This document shows, one piece after another, positions 1-10,353 of a stretch of 64,000 nucleotides of DNA. How positions within the stretch are numbered: position 1 is the first letter of the stretch; every line of letters starts with the position of its first letter. The notes under the pieces are model-generated. The model was not told the origin of the DNA, ran no database searches, and saw nothing but the letters and a program-made list of their open reading frames with translations. The stretch spans positions 4,992,001 to 5,056,000 of the forward strand of contig OZ242374.1 in NCBI GenBank assembly GCA_965209055.1, written 5' to 3'. The translations under genes were made by a program, and so were the position numbers. This stretch comes from Acidobacteriota bacterium (GTDB taxonomy: Bacteria > Acidobacteriota > UBA6911 > RPQK01 > JAJDTT01).

Positions 1-798
1 GCTGACGATGGCGTCGGTGAGGAGCGTGCAGTTGCCGCTCGTCAGGGCGTCGGCCACGGTGGTGGCCGGGCTATTGAAGTAGGAAGCGGTCACACAGCCC
101 CTTTCGCAGGGACCGCAATAGTGGCAGGCCGCCCGTCCGTTGAGCGGCTGCGTCAGGACTGCGGTCCGCCCGATGGTGAGGGTGCGGCCGAATCTGTCCC
201 GCGCCCGGCTCCGGAGCAGCCGTTCTCCGCAGGTCATGGCCATGGGGGGTAGAAACTGCCCGTCAGGCAATTGCGACTGTCCCTCGGCCTGTCCGCTGAT
301 GCCGACATACTTCTCGACCCGGTCGTAATAGGGAACCAACTCCCGGTAGGCGAGTGGCCAGTCGTCGCCGTAACCGTCGTGGCTGGAGGCCTTCAGGTCC
401 AGGTCGCTGAGACGATAGCTCTGCCGCCCCCAGACCATGCTCCTTCCGCCGACGATTCGCAGGCGCTGCCAGGTGAACGGCTTGTCCTTCGGCGTGGTGT
501 AAGGATTCTCCAGATCGTTGACGAACCAGTCGTAGTTGTACTCGGTACAGGCGTAGCAGGCCTTCTGAATTGGACGCGTACGCGCCAGTTCCGGCGAGTG
601 GTTCCGATACTCCAGCTTGTAGGCGGGCATGTGTTCGGTGAATTCCCGGGGAGAGACCTTGCGGCCGGCCTCCAGCAGGACCACTTTCAGGCCGGCCTCC
701 GAGAGAACCTTGGCCGCCCAGCCTCCGGTGGCGCCCGACCCCACCACGGCCACGTCGAAGAGCTCGCTGTGGGGATCCTGGAGCAGGGCGGAGCTCAC
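1..798 (-). CDS. GMC family FAD oxidoreductase (glucoside 3-dehydrogenase / gluconate 2-dehydrogenase flavoprotein type), runs off the left edge
   Basis: Not in the ORF track because it is partial. Manual translation from GTG at 798 gives MSSALLQDPHSELFDVAVVGSGATGGWAAKVLSEAGLKVVLLEAG (FAD GxGxxG), later RIVGGRSMVWG and CHYCGPC. Overlaps the stop of the upstream subunit gene (GTGA). Confidence 0.88.
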   Translation of the reverse strand, partial: MSSALLQDPHSELFDVAVVGSGATGGWAAKVLSEAGLKVVLLEAGRKVSPREFTEHMPAYKLEYRNHSPELARTRPIQKACYACTEYNYDWFVNDLENPYTTPKDKPFTWQRLRIVGGRSMVWGRQSYRLSDLDLKASSHDGYGDDWPLAYRELVPYYDRVEKYVGISGQAEGQSQLPDGQFLPPMAMTCGERLLRSRARDRFGRTLTIGRTAVLTQPLNGRAACHYCGPCERGCVTASYFNSPATTVADALTSGNCTLLTDAIVS

Positions 799-1388
799 TT
801 GTGAAAGCCCTCGGGATGCGGACAACCGGGGAAGGATCCGGACATGGCGTCTTCGCTCCATCCCAGTTCCTTCAGACCCGCCTCCGAATTGTAGAAGGCC
901 CGGCTGATCCAATCTTTCAGATTGAGGAAGTGGTCGTGGCCAGGAAATTCGGACCGGTTGTCCTTCCACGTCACCAGCTTGTGGGGATAGGCGACGAAAT
1001 TGAGAAACTCCAGTTGGCTCTCGGCGGGAAGGTGGAGGAAGGCCGCGCCGTAGCGTCTCAGGCACTCCCCGTCGAACCAGGCCAGGCTGTCCAGGAACCG
1101 GCTCCGCGTTTCCCGCGATTCACTGGCCAGGAGTCTGTCGATGAAGCGGTTGGCCAGAGCGGCCTTGGCCCCCGGCGTGTCGGTCTCGGGAATAATGAGG
1201 TCACTCAGCCGAATCAACGTGTCGTTCTGGTGGGTGTCCAGGAAGACGGGTGTCCAGTCGGGAGACGCCAACTCAACCGAGGCGTCGTGGCCGGGAGGAA
1301 ATTCCCGGGCTCGAACCGGCGCCGCCCCGGCCAGGGCCGCAGTCAACGACACCCAGAGGGAACGCCCAAAGAAATCGCGGCGTTTCAT
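795..1388 (-). CDS. Gluconate 2-dehydrogenase subunit 3 family protein with Tat signal
   Basis: MKRRDFF twin-arginine leader; IIPETDTPGA and AFYNSEAG motifs; coupled to the GMC gene. Confidence 0.85.
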   Translation of the reverse strand: MKRRDFFGRSLWVSLTAALAGAAPVRAREFPPGHDASVELASPDWTPVFLDTHQNDTLIRLSDLIIPETDTPGAKAALANRFIDRLLASESRETRSRFLDSLAWFDGECLRRYGAAFLHLPAESQLEFLNFVAYPHKLVTWKDNRSEFPGHDHFLNLKDWISRAFYNSEAGLKELGWSEDAMSGSFPGCPHPEGFHK

Positions 1389-1552
1389 ATTGCAGCCTCC
1401 CGGCTTCGAGAATATCGCGACCCAGACAATATAATCTATTGGATGATCGTCTACATCTCGGCCGACCGGCAGATGGTGATCCACGAAGAGTCGCTCCACT
1501 TCCCTGCCCGGCTCTTGTGGATCTACTGGTGCACGATTACGATTGCGATGAC

Positions 1553-2911
1553 ATGACGATGGTCGACCACCTGGACGGGTCCTGGAGCCGGAGGCGTTGG
1601 ATGGCCGCTGCGGCGGGCGTGACGGGACTGGCCAGTGCCGAGGACATGGCCCTGTCCTTTTCGCCGGCGGCCTCCGGTGTCAAGCGAAGCGGCCGGCCCC
1701 GGTCCGACGGCCCTCGGAGCCGGATGAAGATCGGCTCCTTCGAGGCCACGCTGGTGGCGTCTCCCGACTACGCGCTGCTGAATTCCTGGAGCGTCCACGA
1801 CACTCACTTCCAGCGCGCGATCCTGGAATTGGAGACCACCGACGGCTACACCGGAGTCGCCGAAATCGGGGGCGCGGCATTTCAGGCTCTCCAAGCGGCG
1901 CGCGACACCGTGCTGGGACGTGACCCCTTCGAGATCGAATTTTTCCGCCGCAGGCTCTCCCACCGCTCCGAGTTCGCGCCGAGGCACAACGCCGAAACCC
2001 TGGCCGCGGTGGAAATCGCGTGCCTGGACTTGATCGGAAAGGTGATCGACCGGCCGGTCGTCGACCTGATCGGCGGCCCCTTCCGGGATGAGGCTCCCTT
2101 TTCGGCCTACAACTTCTTCGTCATTCCGGAGGAGGGCGGACCGAACGTCACGACTCCCGAGGCCATGGCGCAGCAGTTCCTGGACTTCCACCGGGACCAC
2201 GGGTTCACGACCTGCAAGTTCAAGGGGGGCGTTCTGAAGCCGGAGTTGGAGATCGAAGCCTTGACGCGCATCCGCGAGGCCATGCCCCAGGCCAAGCTTC
2301 GGATCGATCCGAACGCGTCGTGGAGCGTGGAAACCTCGGTCAGAGCCGCCCGCCGGCTGGAGCCGCTGGGGATGGAATACCTGGAGGACCCCACCCCGGG
2401 ACAGGAAGGCATGGCCGAGGTGCGCAGGCAGACATCCATTCCCCTGGCCACCAACATGTGCGTCACGCGCATGGAGCACATCCGCCCCGGGTACGACCGG
2501 GGGGCCATCGACATCGTGTTGCTGGATCCCCACTACATGGGCGGGCTCAACAACGTCCGGCACTGGGCGTCAACGTGCGAGGCTCTGGGATGGGGATGCT
2601 CCGGCCACAGCAACAACTACCTGGGCATCTCCATGGCCACCCAGGTCCACATGGTCTGCGCCATCTCCCACATCACCTACGACGTGGACTCGCATTATCC
2701 TTGGACCACTCAGGACATTATCCGGGGCGGGATGCTCCGGTTCCGGGACGGCAAGATGGCTCTCCCCCCAGGACCCGGCCTCGGCGTCGAGATCGACCCG
2801 GACAAGAAGGCCCTGCTGGCCGAGAACGTGTCACGCACCCGGGCCCGGCACGATCTGCTCCATCAATGGGACCCCCGATACCCCAAGGATCGTCATGGCG
2901 TCCGCTGGTAG
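1553..2911 (+). CDS. Enolase superfamily, glucarate dehydratase-related protein with Tat-like leader
   Basis: KFKGG, RIDPN, YLEDP, ATNM and HSNN motifs of the GlucD subgroup; SRRRWMAAAAG N-terminus. Start at 1553 or 1559. Confidence 0.82.
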   Translation: MTMVDHLDGSWSRRRWMAAAAGVTGLASAEDMALSFSPAASGVKRSGRPRSDGPRSRMKIGSFEATLVASPDYALLNSWSVHDTHFQRAILELETTDGYTGVAEIGGAAFQALQAARDTVLGRDPFEIEFFRRRLSHRSEFAPRHNAETLAAVEIACLDLIGKVIDRPVVDLIGGPFRDEAPFSAYNFFVIPEEGGPNVTTPEAMAQQFLDFHRDHGFTTCKFKGGVLKPELEIEALTRIREAMPQAKLRIDPNASWSVETSVRAARRLEPLGMEYLEDPTPGQEGMAEVRRQTSIPLATNMCVTRMEHIRPGYDRGAIDIVLLDPHYMGGLNNVRHWASTCEALGWGCSGHSNNYLGISMATQVHMVCAISHITYDVDSHYPWTTQDIIRGGMLRFRDGKMALPPGPGLGVEIDPDKKALLAENVSRTRARHDLLHQWDPRYPKDRHGVRW

Positions 2912-2941
2912 CGCGAGCTCCGGAAACTCGGCTGAATCCCC

Positions 2942-5900
2942 ATGAAACGCTCCCTGATCCTGCTTCTCGGCTTGAATTTGATGAATACCGGCTGCGGGCC
3001 GGACCCCGCCTCGACTCCGCCCTCTCCGGAGGAGATGCTGGAAACCTTTCGCATCAGCGAAGATTTCCGGGTGGAGATCTTCGCCGCCGAGCCCGACGTG
3101 ACCGATCCGGTGGACTTGGCGTTCGACGAACAGGGACGGGCCTGGGTCGCCGAAATGAGGGACTATCCCTACCAGCCTCCCGAGGGGGGACCGTTCCTGA
3201 GCCGGGTCCGCGTGCTGGAAGACCGGGATGGGGACGGCCGCGTGGACCACTCCACCGTTTTTGCCGAAGGCCTGCCCAATGTGAAGAGTGTCCTGCCGTG
3301 GAAGGACGGCCTGCTGGTGAGCTCGGCGCCGAACATCCTTTACCTGCGGGACACCGACGGAGACCTGCGGGCGGATGAGACGACTCCCCTGTTCACCGGG
3401 TTCACGATCCTGGTGGACCCGGAGGGCCAGCTCAGCAACCTGCGCTTCGGCATCGACAACTGGATTTACGCCGCCAACGACAGCCAGGCGGGACAGATCA
3501 CCTTCTCCCGCCGGCCCGGCGCCGAACCGGTCTCGGTCCTGAACGCCGACTTCAGGTTTCGCCTGGACCGGAATCTATTCGAGGCGGCCTCGGGAGCCAC
3601 CCGGTTCGGACTGAGCTTCGACGAGTGGGGACGTCGCTTCTTTTCACAATCGGGAAGACACATCCAGCACGTGGTGGCGGCGCGGCGCTATCTCCAGCGA
3701 AACCTCTTTCTGACGGCTCCTCCCGTCACCCGCTTCATCTCTGTTCACGATCAGCGCATCTTCCAGCTCACACCTGCCGAGGCTTGGCGCGAGGCCCGCA
3801 CCCGGATGCGCCGGCGGCGGGCGCGGGAGCTGGGGAGAGAACGGCAGACCGCCTCCACCGGCTTCTTCTCGGGAGCGACGGGAGCCACCATCTACACCGG
3901 AGACACGTTTCCCCGGCGTTACCGGGGCAACGCCTTCGCCGGCGACGTGGCGGGCAACATCGTTCACCGCGACGTTCTCACCCCCAGCGGCGTCAGTTTC
4001 GTCGCCGACCGGCCCGAGGAGGAACGGGACCGGGAGTTCATGGCTTCCACGTCACGCTGGTTTCGGCCCGCCAGCTTCGCCGTGGGTCCGGACGGCAACC
4101 TCTACGTTGTCGACATCTGCCGCCAGTACGTGGAGACTCCGGCTTCCATCCCCGAGCCCATTAAGGAAGGCCTCGACTTCTACGCCGGGATCGATCATGG
4201 CCGCATCTACCGGATCGTGCCGCGGGATTCCGCCTCCCGCCCATACGTTCGTCCCGAACTCCACAAGGCCGCCACACCGGAATTGGTCAGGCATCTCGCC
4301 TCGCCGAACCAGTGGTGGCGTCTCACCGCCCAGCGGCTCCTGCTGCAGCGGCAGGACCGGTCCGCTCTCCCCGCGTTGAAAGAGCTGGCCGGCAACAGAG
4401 CGAATCCCCAAGGCCGGCTTCATGCCCTCTTTGCTCTGGCAGGCCTGTCCGCCCTGGAGGAAGCCATCGTCGGTGAAGCCCTGGAAGACGGCCATCCGGG
4501 CGTCCGGGAACAGGCCGTCATTCTTGCGGAGAAGTTCCCCGGCCTTCTGCCCAAGCTGGTGAGGATGACGGGCGATCCATCGCCCCGCGTCGCCTTCCAA
4601 CTTTCCCTGAGCCTGGGTGAGTTCTCCGGCCCCCGTGTGCTTGACGCGTTCCGGGACCTGGTGGCCCGCCACGGAGAGGACCCCTGGCAGCGAGCCGCGG
4701 TCCTCAGTTCCGACGCCGGATCCTCTCTGAAGTTGCTGCAATCGATGGTGGCGGAACGCGGCTATTTCAATCCGCCGGCTCCGAACAAGACCGGCTTTCT
4801 GGACGATCTGGCTGCCGTCGTTGGCGCCCGCAGCGAGGGACGAGAGGTCCAGCGTCTGGTTCGCCTGTTGGCCCGGGCCCGGCCGCTGAGAGAGAAAGGG
4901 TTGCAGGCCGCGGGACTCTCAGGGCTGGCGCGAGGACTGGAGCTGGCGCAAATCGTGCGCCTGAACCCGGCAGGAGCGGCCGGTTCGCTGAGAAGCCTGC
5001 TGGGGAGCGGTTCACAGGAGGTGCGCGACGCCGCAGCCAGAGTCGGCAAGCACTTCCGGGTTCCGTCGCTGGTGGCGGCCGCCAGAAAGGACGTGCTGGA
5101 TGAAACGCTTTCGGCGGCCCGGAGATCCAGCTCCGTCCGGATGCTCGCCGCCGCAGCTTACCGGGAGGTGGAGCCGGTCTTGACGCGTGTCCTGACTGTC
5201 GCGGATCCGGAGTTGACGCGGGCCGCCCTGGAAACCCTCTCCTATTTCGAAGATCCGGACGTCAGCCGCCTGGTCCTGGAAAAATGGGGCACGTTCTCCC
5301 CGGATGCGCGTGCGGCTGCTCTGGCGATCCTGCTCAACCACCCCGCGCGGGTGCAGGCCCTGCTGAGCGCCGTCGAGAGCGGCGCCATGGAAAGGGCCGC
5401 ACTGGACCATCAGCAGAAGCAGTTCTTGAGAAACCATCCCGGAGAAGAGGTCCGCCGCCGAGCCCTGGAGATCCTGCAGGCGGACACCACGGACCGGGAT
5501 GCGCTGGTGGAGGAGCACCTGCCGGTCCTGGAGCTGGATGCCGATCCCCTCAACGGCGGCAAGGTCTTCCGGAGGGAATGCGCCCGCTGCCATGAACCTG
5601 ATCAGGGCGTGGGAGTGGGGCCGGGGCTGAGGACGGCGGTCCAGGGCCATACCCGCGAACAACTCCTTTTCGACATCCTGAATCCCAGCGGGCTCATCCT
5701 GTCCGCCTATCAGAACTACATCGTCACCACCCGTGACGGCAGGGTCTATGGAGGGATCATCGCCGCCGAGACTCCCGGCACTCTCACTCTGCGGAGCGGG
5801 CCGAACCAGCAGGAGACCATTCTCCGGGGCCGAATCGCCGAGATCCGGGCTTCGGAGGTGTCGATCATGCCGGAGGGTTTCGAGGAAAACCTGACCCGCC

Positions 5901-5980
5901 AGGAACTGGCCGACGTCATCTCGTTCATGCAGGCCGGATACCTGATCCCGGAGGAGCTGGCTGCGCCGAGGGACAATTGA
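2942..5980 (+). CDS. PVC-type heme-binding CxxCH membrane-bound dehydrogenase-domain protein (probable lipoprotein)
   Basis: N-terminal beta-propeller (FAAEPDVTDPVDLAFDEQGR, WFRP..VGPDGNLYVVD), HEAT-like middle region, CARCH heme motif, C-terminal SIMPEGFE. Confidence 0.88.
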   Translation: MKRSLILLLGLNLMNTGCGPDPASTPPSPEEMLETFRISEDFRVEIFAAEPDVTDPVDLAFDEQGRAWVAEMRDYPYQPPEGGPFLSRVRVLEDRDGDGRVDHSTVFAEGLPNVKSVLPWKDGLLVSSAPNILYLRDTDGDLRADETTPLFTGFTILVDPEGQLSNLRFGIDNWIYAANDSQAGQITFSRRPGAEPVSVLNADFRFRLDRNLFEAASGATRFGLSFDEWGRRFFSQSGRHIQHVVAARRYLQRNLFLTAPPVTRFISVHDQRIFQLTPAEAWREARTRMRRRRARELGRERQTASTGFFSGATGATIYTGDTFPRRYRGNAFAGDVAGNIVHRDVLTPSGVSFVADRPEEERDREFMASTSRWFRPASFAVGPDGNLYVVDICRQYVETPASIPEPIKEGLDFYAGIDHGRIYRIVPRDSASRPYVRPELHKAATPELVRHLASPNQWWRLTAQRLLLQRQDRSALPALKELAGNRANPQGRLHALFALAGLSALEEAIVGEALEDGHPGVREQAVILAEKFPGLLPKLVRMTGDPSPRVAFQLSLSLGEFSGPRVLDAFRDLVARHGEDPWQRAAVLSSDAGSSLKLLQSMVAERGYFNPPAPNKTGFLDDLAAVVGARSEGREVQRLVRLLARARPLREKGLQAAGLSGLARGLELAQIVRLNPAGAAGSLRSLLGSGSQEVRDAAARVGKHFRVPSLVAAARKDVLDETLSAARRSSSVRMLAAAAYREVEPVLTRVLTVADPELTRAALETLSYFEDPDVSRLVLEKWGTFSPDARAAALAILLNHPARVQALLSAVESGAMERAALDHQQKQFLRNHPGEEVRRRALEILQADTTDRDALVEEHLPVLELDADPLNGGKVFRRECARCHEPDQGVGVGPGLRTAVQGHTREQLLFDILNPSGLILSAYQNYIVTTRDGRVYGGIIAAETPGTLTLRSGPNQQETILRGRIAEIRASEVSIMPEGFEENLTRQELADVISFMQAGYLIPEELAAPRDN

Positions 5981-6122
5981 TTCCGATCCACCATGTCACA
6001 GGTCTCCGCAAAACTTGAATCCTCCCGAATCCACAAATTGTTTAACGGACTCTTCATTCCTCCTTTAAAATGCCCCGGTAAACTTCCATCGGCACTGGAT
6101 CGGCCGAGATGGAAGCAACCCC

Positions 6123-6824
6123 ATGACCAACGGCAAGAAAATCATCGTTATCGAGGATGAACCCGATATCCAGGAGGTCATCGTTCACAACCTCCTGAGA
6201 GACGGGTACCAGGTGGACGCGACTCTGAATGGGGAACGGGGCCTGGAACTGGTCCGCAGCCTGGAGCCCGATCTGGTTCTGTTGGACCTGATGCTCCCCG
6301 GTCTGGACGGAGTCGAGATCTGCCGCCGCATAAAGGCCGACCCCCGGACGCGAACCGTTTCCATCATCATGGTCACGGCCCGCGGCGAGGAAAGCGACGT
6401 CGTCCTGGGATTGGGTTTGGGCGCAGACGATTACGTCTGCAAGCCCTTCAGCCCCAGGGAGCTCATGGAGCGGGTCAAGGCGGTGCTCCGCAGGGGACCA
6501 CTCCAGGACTATCAGAGCCGGGAACGAATCGTCGTGGGAGACGCCGTGATCGATTCCGGACGCCACGAGGTGCGAGTCGCCGGCAGACGAATCGACCTGA
6601 CCGCTTCCGAGTTTCGCCTATTGCACTGCCTGGCGTCTCAGCCGGGCCGTGTATTCACCCGGGACCAACTCTTGAACCAGGTCGTGGGAGAAGATACTTT
6701 CATTGACGATCGCAACATCGACGTCCACGTCGGTGCAGTCCGCCGGAAGCTGGGATCTCACAGGGTTTTGGTCGAGACCGTTCGCGGCGTGGGCTACCGC
6801 TTCCACGACGAATACATGCAGTAG
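6123..6824 (+). CDS. phoB: OmpR/PhoB family response regulator
   Basis: Receiver domain (IEDE, LLDLMLP, KPF) plus winged helix (IDVHV..VRRKL, ETVRGVGY). Confidence 0.8.
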   Translation: MTNGKKIIVIEDEPDIQEVIVHNLLRDGYQVDATLNGERGLELVRSLEPDLVLLDLMLPGLDGVEICRRIKADPRTRTVSIIMVTARGEESDVVLGLGLGADDYVCKPFSPRELMERVKAVLRRGPLQDYQSRERIVVGDAVIDSGRHEVRVAGRRIDLTASEFRLLHCLASQPGRVFTRDQLLNQVVGEDTFIDDRNIDVHVGAVRRKLGSHRVLVETVRGVGYRFHDEYMQ

Positions 6825-8603
6825 ATGCTCCGTTCCCGCCTGCTGTGGAAACTCTATCTGGGCTATTTCGTCCTCATCGTGTTGACCGCATCCATCCTGG
6901 GCGGTTTGATCTTCCGGCGAGTCCGGGAAGACTCACTCGAGGATATTCAGACCTCGCTCAGGTCTCAGGCCCTCTTCTTCAGAGAATTCGCCGGGCAGCG
7001 CCCCGCCGATGAACCGGCGTCGGAACTGCAGGATCGACTCCGCAACCTCGGCCGTGAGATGGGAGCCCGCCTCACCGTCATCGACACCGACGGCGTCGTC
7101 CTGGCCGATTCAGACCAGGATCCGGCGGGAATGGACAACCAGTTGAGCCGGCCGGAGATTCTGCGGGCTCGCTCCCACGGCCTGGACACGCGTCCCAGAT
7201 TGAGTGAAATCCGCGGCGTTCCCGGGATTTCTCTCGCCTTGCCCGTCGGCGACAACCTCGGCAACGTGGGCTACATCCGGGTCTCCATGCCGCTCTCGGC
7301 GATTGACGAAAGACTGGGGCGTTCGGGAAAGGCGGTCTTGGCGGGCACCTTAGCCGTGGCGTTCGTGGCCCTGATTCTGGGGTTGCTGGTGGCTCGACGC
7401 CTGCTCAGACCCATGGGTTCCATGACTCGCATCGCCGAGTCCATGGCCAGGGGCGACTACGGCCAGCGCCTGTCCATTGCGCGATCGGACGAGATCGGAG
7501 AATTGGGCGATGCACTCAACCGGATGGCGCGCAACAGCCAACGACGCATGGAGACGTTTCAGACCGATCACCGGCAATTCCTGGCGATCCTCGGCGGCAT
7601 GGCTGAGGGAGTGGTCGCCGTCGACGAGAATGAACGTGTCCTGCATATGAACGAAGCCGCCGGCCGGATTCTGGGAGCCGACGCCTCGACCAGTCTCGGC
7701 AAGCCGGTTTGGGAAACGACCAGGATCCCGCAAATCTCGGAGACCATTTCCAGCGTCCTCCGGGAAGGGCGGGGAGTGAAGACCAGCCTGGAAATCAGGT
7801 CGTCTCCCCGAGACCGGTCCATCGAGTTGAAGGCCACGCCTCTCCGAAACGGCGAACAGGAGCCGGCGGGAGCTGTGATGGTGATGCACGATGTCTCGGA
7901 ACGGCTGCGGGTCGAGACCATGAGACAGGATTTCGTGGCCAACGTCTCCCACGAACTCAAGACGCCCGTCGCCGCCATCCAGGCTCTCGTGGAAACGATC
8001 CTGGACGACCCCGATATGTCCGGCCGGACGCGGGAACGCTTTCTTCGAAAGACCCGGAACCAGTCCCTCCGTCTCTCCTCCATCGTGTCCGACTTGCTGA
8101 CTCTGTCCCGAATGGAATCGGAAGAGGGAGTCACCCGCGAAACTGTCGACCTGCGGGACACCGTTGCCGTTCCGGCGGAGGAGGCCATCCCGGCCGCGGA
8201 AGTCAAGAGAATCCGGCTTCACATTCGGGTCCCGGACCGTCCAATGTGGACCACCGGAGATATGGAGGGACTCTGTCTCGTCACGTCGAACCTGGTGGGA
8301 AACGCACTCAAGCACACACCCAAGGAGGGCGAGGTGACGGTCAGCCTGAGCCAGGAGGGACACCAAGCCCTCCTGGAGGTGGAGGACAGTGGAATCGGCA
8401 TCGAGGCCCGGCACCTGGACCGCATCTTCGAACGCTTCTACCGGGTCGACACGGCCCGTTCCCGGGAACTGGGCGGGACCGGACTGGGCCTCTCCATCGT
8501 CAAGAGAGTGGTGCTGGCCCACAACGGCACGGTCTCGGTGGAGAGCATTCCCGGCCAGGGAAGCACATTTCGAGTCCTGCTTCCGGTGCCCGGGAATTCC
8601 TAA
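6825..8603 (+). CDS. phoR: PhoR-like HAMP-PAS sensor histidine kinase
   Basis: Two TM segments, HAMP, PAS, FVANVSHELKTP H-box, FERFYRVD..RSRELGGTGLGL. Confidence 0.8.
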   Translation: MLRSRLLWKLYLGYFVLIVLTASILGGLIFRRVREDSLEDIQTSLRSQALFFREFAGQRPADEPASELQDRLRNLGREMGARLTVIDTDGVVLADSDQDPAGMDNQLSRPEILRARSHGLDTRPRLSEIRGVPGISLALPVGDNLGNVGYIRVSMPLSAIDERLGRSGKAVLAGTLAVAFVALILGLLVARRLLRPMGSMTRIAESMARGDYGQRLSIARSDEIGELGDALNRMARNSQRRMETFQTDHRQFLAILGGMAEGVVAVDENERVLHMNEAAGRILGADASTSLGKPVWETTRIPQISETISSVLREGRGVKTSLEIRSSPRDRSIELKATPLRNGEQEPAGAVMVMHDVSERLRVETMRQDFVANVSHELKTPVAAIQALVETILDDPDMSGRTRERFLRKTRNQSLRLSSIVSDLLTLSRMESEEGVTRETVDLRDTVAVPAEEAIPAAEVKRIRLHIRVPDRPMWTTGDMEGLCLVTSNLVGNALKHTPKEGEVTVSLSQEGHQALLEVEDSGIGIEARHLDRIFERFYRVDTARSRELGGTGLGLSIVKRVVLAHNGTVSVESIPGQGSTFRVLLPVPGNS

Positions 8604-10261
8604 CCGCTCTTCGGCCGCCTGAGGGGGTCGACGGCGACCAATCCCGCGCTGCGAAAGCCGAACACCTTGGCGTTGAAGAGACGAAAGTGCAGACGCACAA
8701 TCTTCCCGGCCAGATCTTCGATTCCCCCGGCGTCCTTCCAGACCAGCGGAACCCAAATTCGGTTCCCTGAAATGGGTTGAGCCCGGTAGACCTTCCGGTC
8801 CGGATCCCCCTCCACCATCAGCTCGACGGCCACTGATCCCGAATCACCGTGGGTCCTGAGGTTGACCTCTACCGGTTTGCCCTGGAAGCGGAAGCGCTGG
8901 GTCGTGAACTGGCCCTCCTGTCCGGCCTCGATGCCGGCCAGACGGCCATCCTCCCAGGTGGCCCAGCCAATCCCCCGAGGCCAATTCCGATCCTTCTGGA
9001 AACGGACCTTCCACCACTCGTTGTGGGACCAACTGCTTCCGACGATGGGAACCGCCATACGGCCGTCAGGCAGTTGCACCATGGAGGGGACGGCGTACAT
9101 GGAGCCGCCGGCCCATCCCCCCGGCTTGCCCAACTCCACGATGGACTCGCGGCTCACCCAATTCCAGACGATGCCGTCGAGGCTCGTGGCCAGCCGCAGG
9201 TCGACCAGGCTCGTGTCCCGATGATAGATGGCGGTCAGCATCAGGTGGGTGTTCTCCGTCCCCGGGTAGTGGAGGTAGGTGTTGTTGTAGAAGTCATCGG
9301 ACGGCGACTCTTCAGGTCCGGGAGTCAGGACCAGGTTGGGATGGGGCCACCGGCGAAAGTCCGAGGTCTCGGCTCGGGCGATGCTGCGGCGGCGGGGATA
9401 GTTCTGCCGCATCAGCATCACGTACTTTTTCAACTTGCCGTCGAAGTAGATGCTGGGACCGCCGTCGCTGTTGAAATAGGTGTCCCAGAGCGGTTCCGGA
9501 AGGCGTTTCCAGTGGATCCCGTCGGCCGAGACGGCCGCTCCCATGATTCCGCCCATGCTCTTGGCATTCGGCTTGTACAACCGGATATTGGTGAGGCTGG
9601 CGGTCTTGTACCGCTCCTCGGGAGGAGCGTTGGGATCGACGAAGATGTGCCCGTTGATTCCGGCCAGACCGTTGAGGGTGATCAGGTTGTTGTCCCGGCT
9701 CCCCTCGAACTCCACCATGCCCATGGAGACTCGTTTCCAGTTCAGGCCGTCCTCTGACTCCGCATAGCACACCCCGGAGCCTCCTCCTTCCGATCCCAGT
9801 TTCAAGCGGCCGTCGGGAGCCACGACTGCACGGTCTCGTACGGTCCACCCGCAGCCATACCAGAGACGGTAGCGGCCGTCCTCTTGGATCACGGTCCTCG
9901 GCCCGATGCCGCTTCTTTCCCAAGGTTTCTCCGGTTTGAGCCAGGGACCGTCCAGCCGGCCCTTCTCGATGGCGATCTTCACGCCGCTGGCGGCCCGTAT
10001 TCTCCGGGAGGCGGTGGGTCCCTCGGAGATGACCATGGTGACCTTGTAGTAGTCGTGCACTTTGGCGATCAGTTGACGATCGTGCACGCTCACATGAGTC
10101 AGATCGACCGGGAAGATGGCGTTTCCCGGATCCACTTTGGTCCAGTCGGTGAAGATATGGGTCACCACCGGGGAAGAGTCTTCCTGGGGCAGGGAGATTC
10201 CCCACGTGAGACTGCAGACCATCCCCGCCAGAATCGGATTGAAGCGGCGTTTCTTGTTCAT
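8600..10261 (-). CDS. Exported five-bladed beta-propeller protein (GH32/GH43-like, function unknown)
   Basis: Signal peptide; repeated Asp-box-like motifs YAESEDGLNW, SADGIHW, TSDFRRW, SLDGIVW; C-terminal beta-sandwich-like region. Confidence 0.65.
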   Translation of the reverse strand: MNKKRRFNPILAGMVCSLTWGISLPQEDSSPVVTHIFTDWTKVDPGNAIFPVDLTHVSVHDRQLIAKVHDYYKVTMVISEGPTASRRIRAASGVKIAIEKGRLDGPWLKPEKPWERSGIGPRTVIQEDGRYRLWYGCGWTVRDRAVVAPDGRLKLGSEGGGSGVCYAESEDGLNWKRVSMGMVEFEGSRDNNLITLNGLAGINGHIFVDPNAPPEERYKTASLTNIRLYKPNAKSMGGIMGAAVSADGIHWKRLPEPLWDTYFNSDGGPSIYFDGKLKKYVMLMRQNYPRRRSIARAETSDFRRWPHPNLVLTPGPEESPSDDFYNNTYLHYPGTENTHLMLTAIYHRDTSLVDLRLATSLDGIVWNWVSRESIVELGKPGGWAGGSMYAVPSMVQLPDGRMAVPIVGSSWSHNEWWKVRFQKDRNWPRGIGWATWEDGRLAGIEAGQEGQFTTQRFRFQGKPVEVNLRTHGDSGSVAVELMVEGDPDRKVYRAQPISGNRIWVPLVWKDAGGIEDLAGKIVRLHFRLFNAKVFGFRSAGLVAVDPLRRPKSG

Positions 10262-10353
10262 TTAAGTCGTGTTCCTCGGTAGTTGCGTCAGCACCAATTG
10301 AGATTTCGTCCTGGCCGGCCACTCTGTTGCAGACCGCGCAGGGGATGGAGGAT

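Noticed and set aside
1250-1552. Long N-terminal extensions given by the ORF track (also 1389-1499, 14912-15058, 32818-33126, 38132-38269)
   Set aside because: They overlap neighbouring genes or promoter regions and lie upstream of the family-typical N-termini; starts were trimmed.
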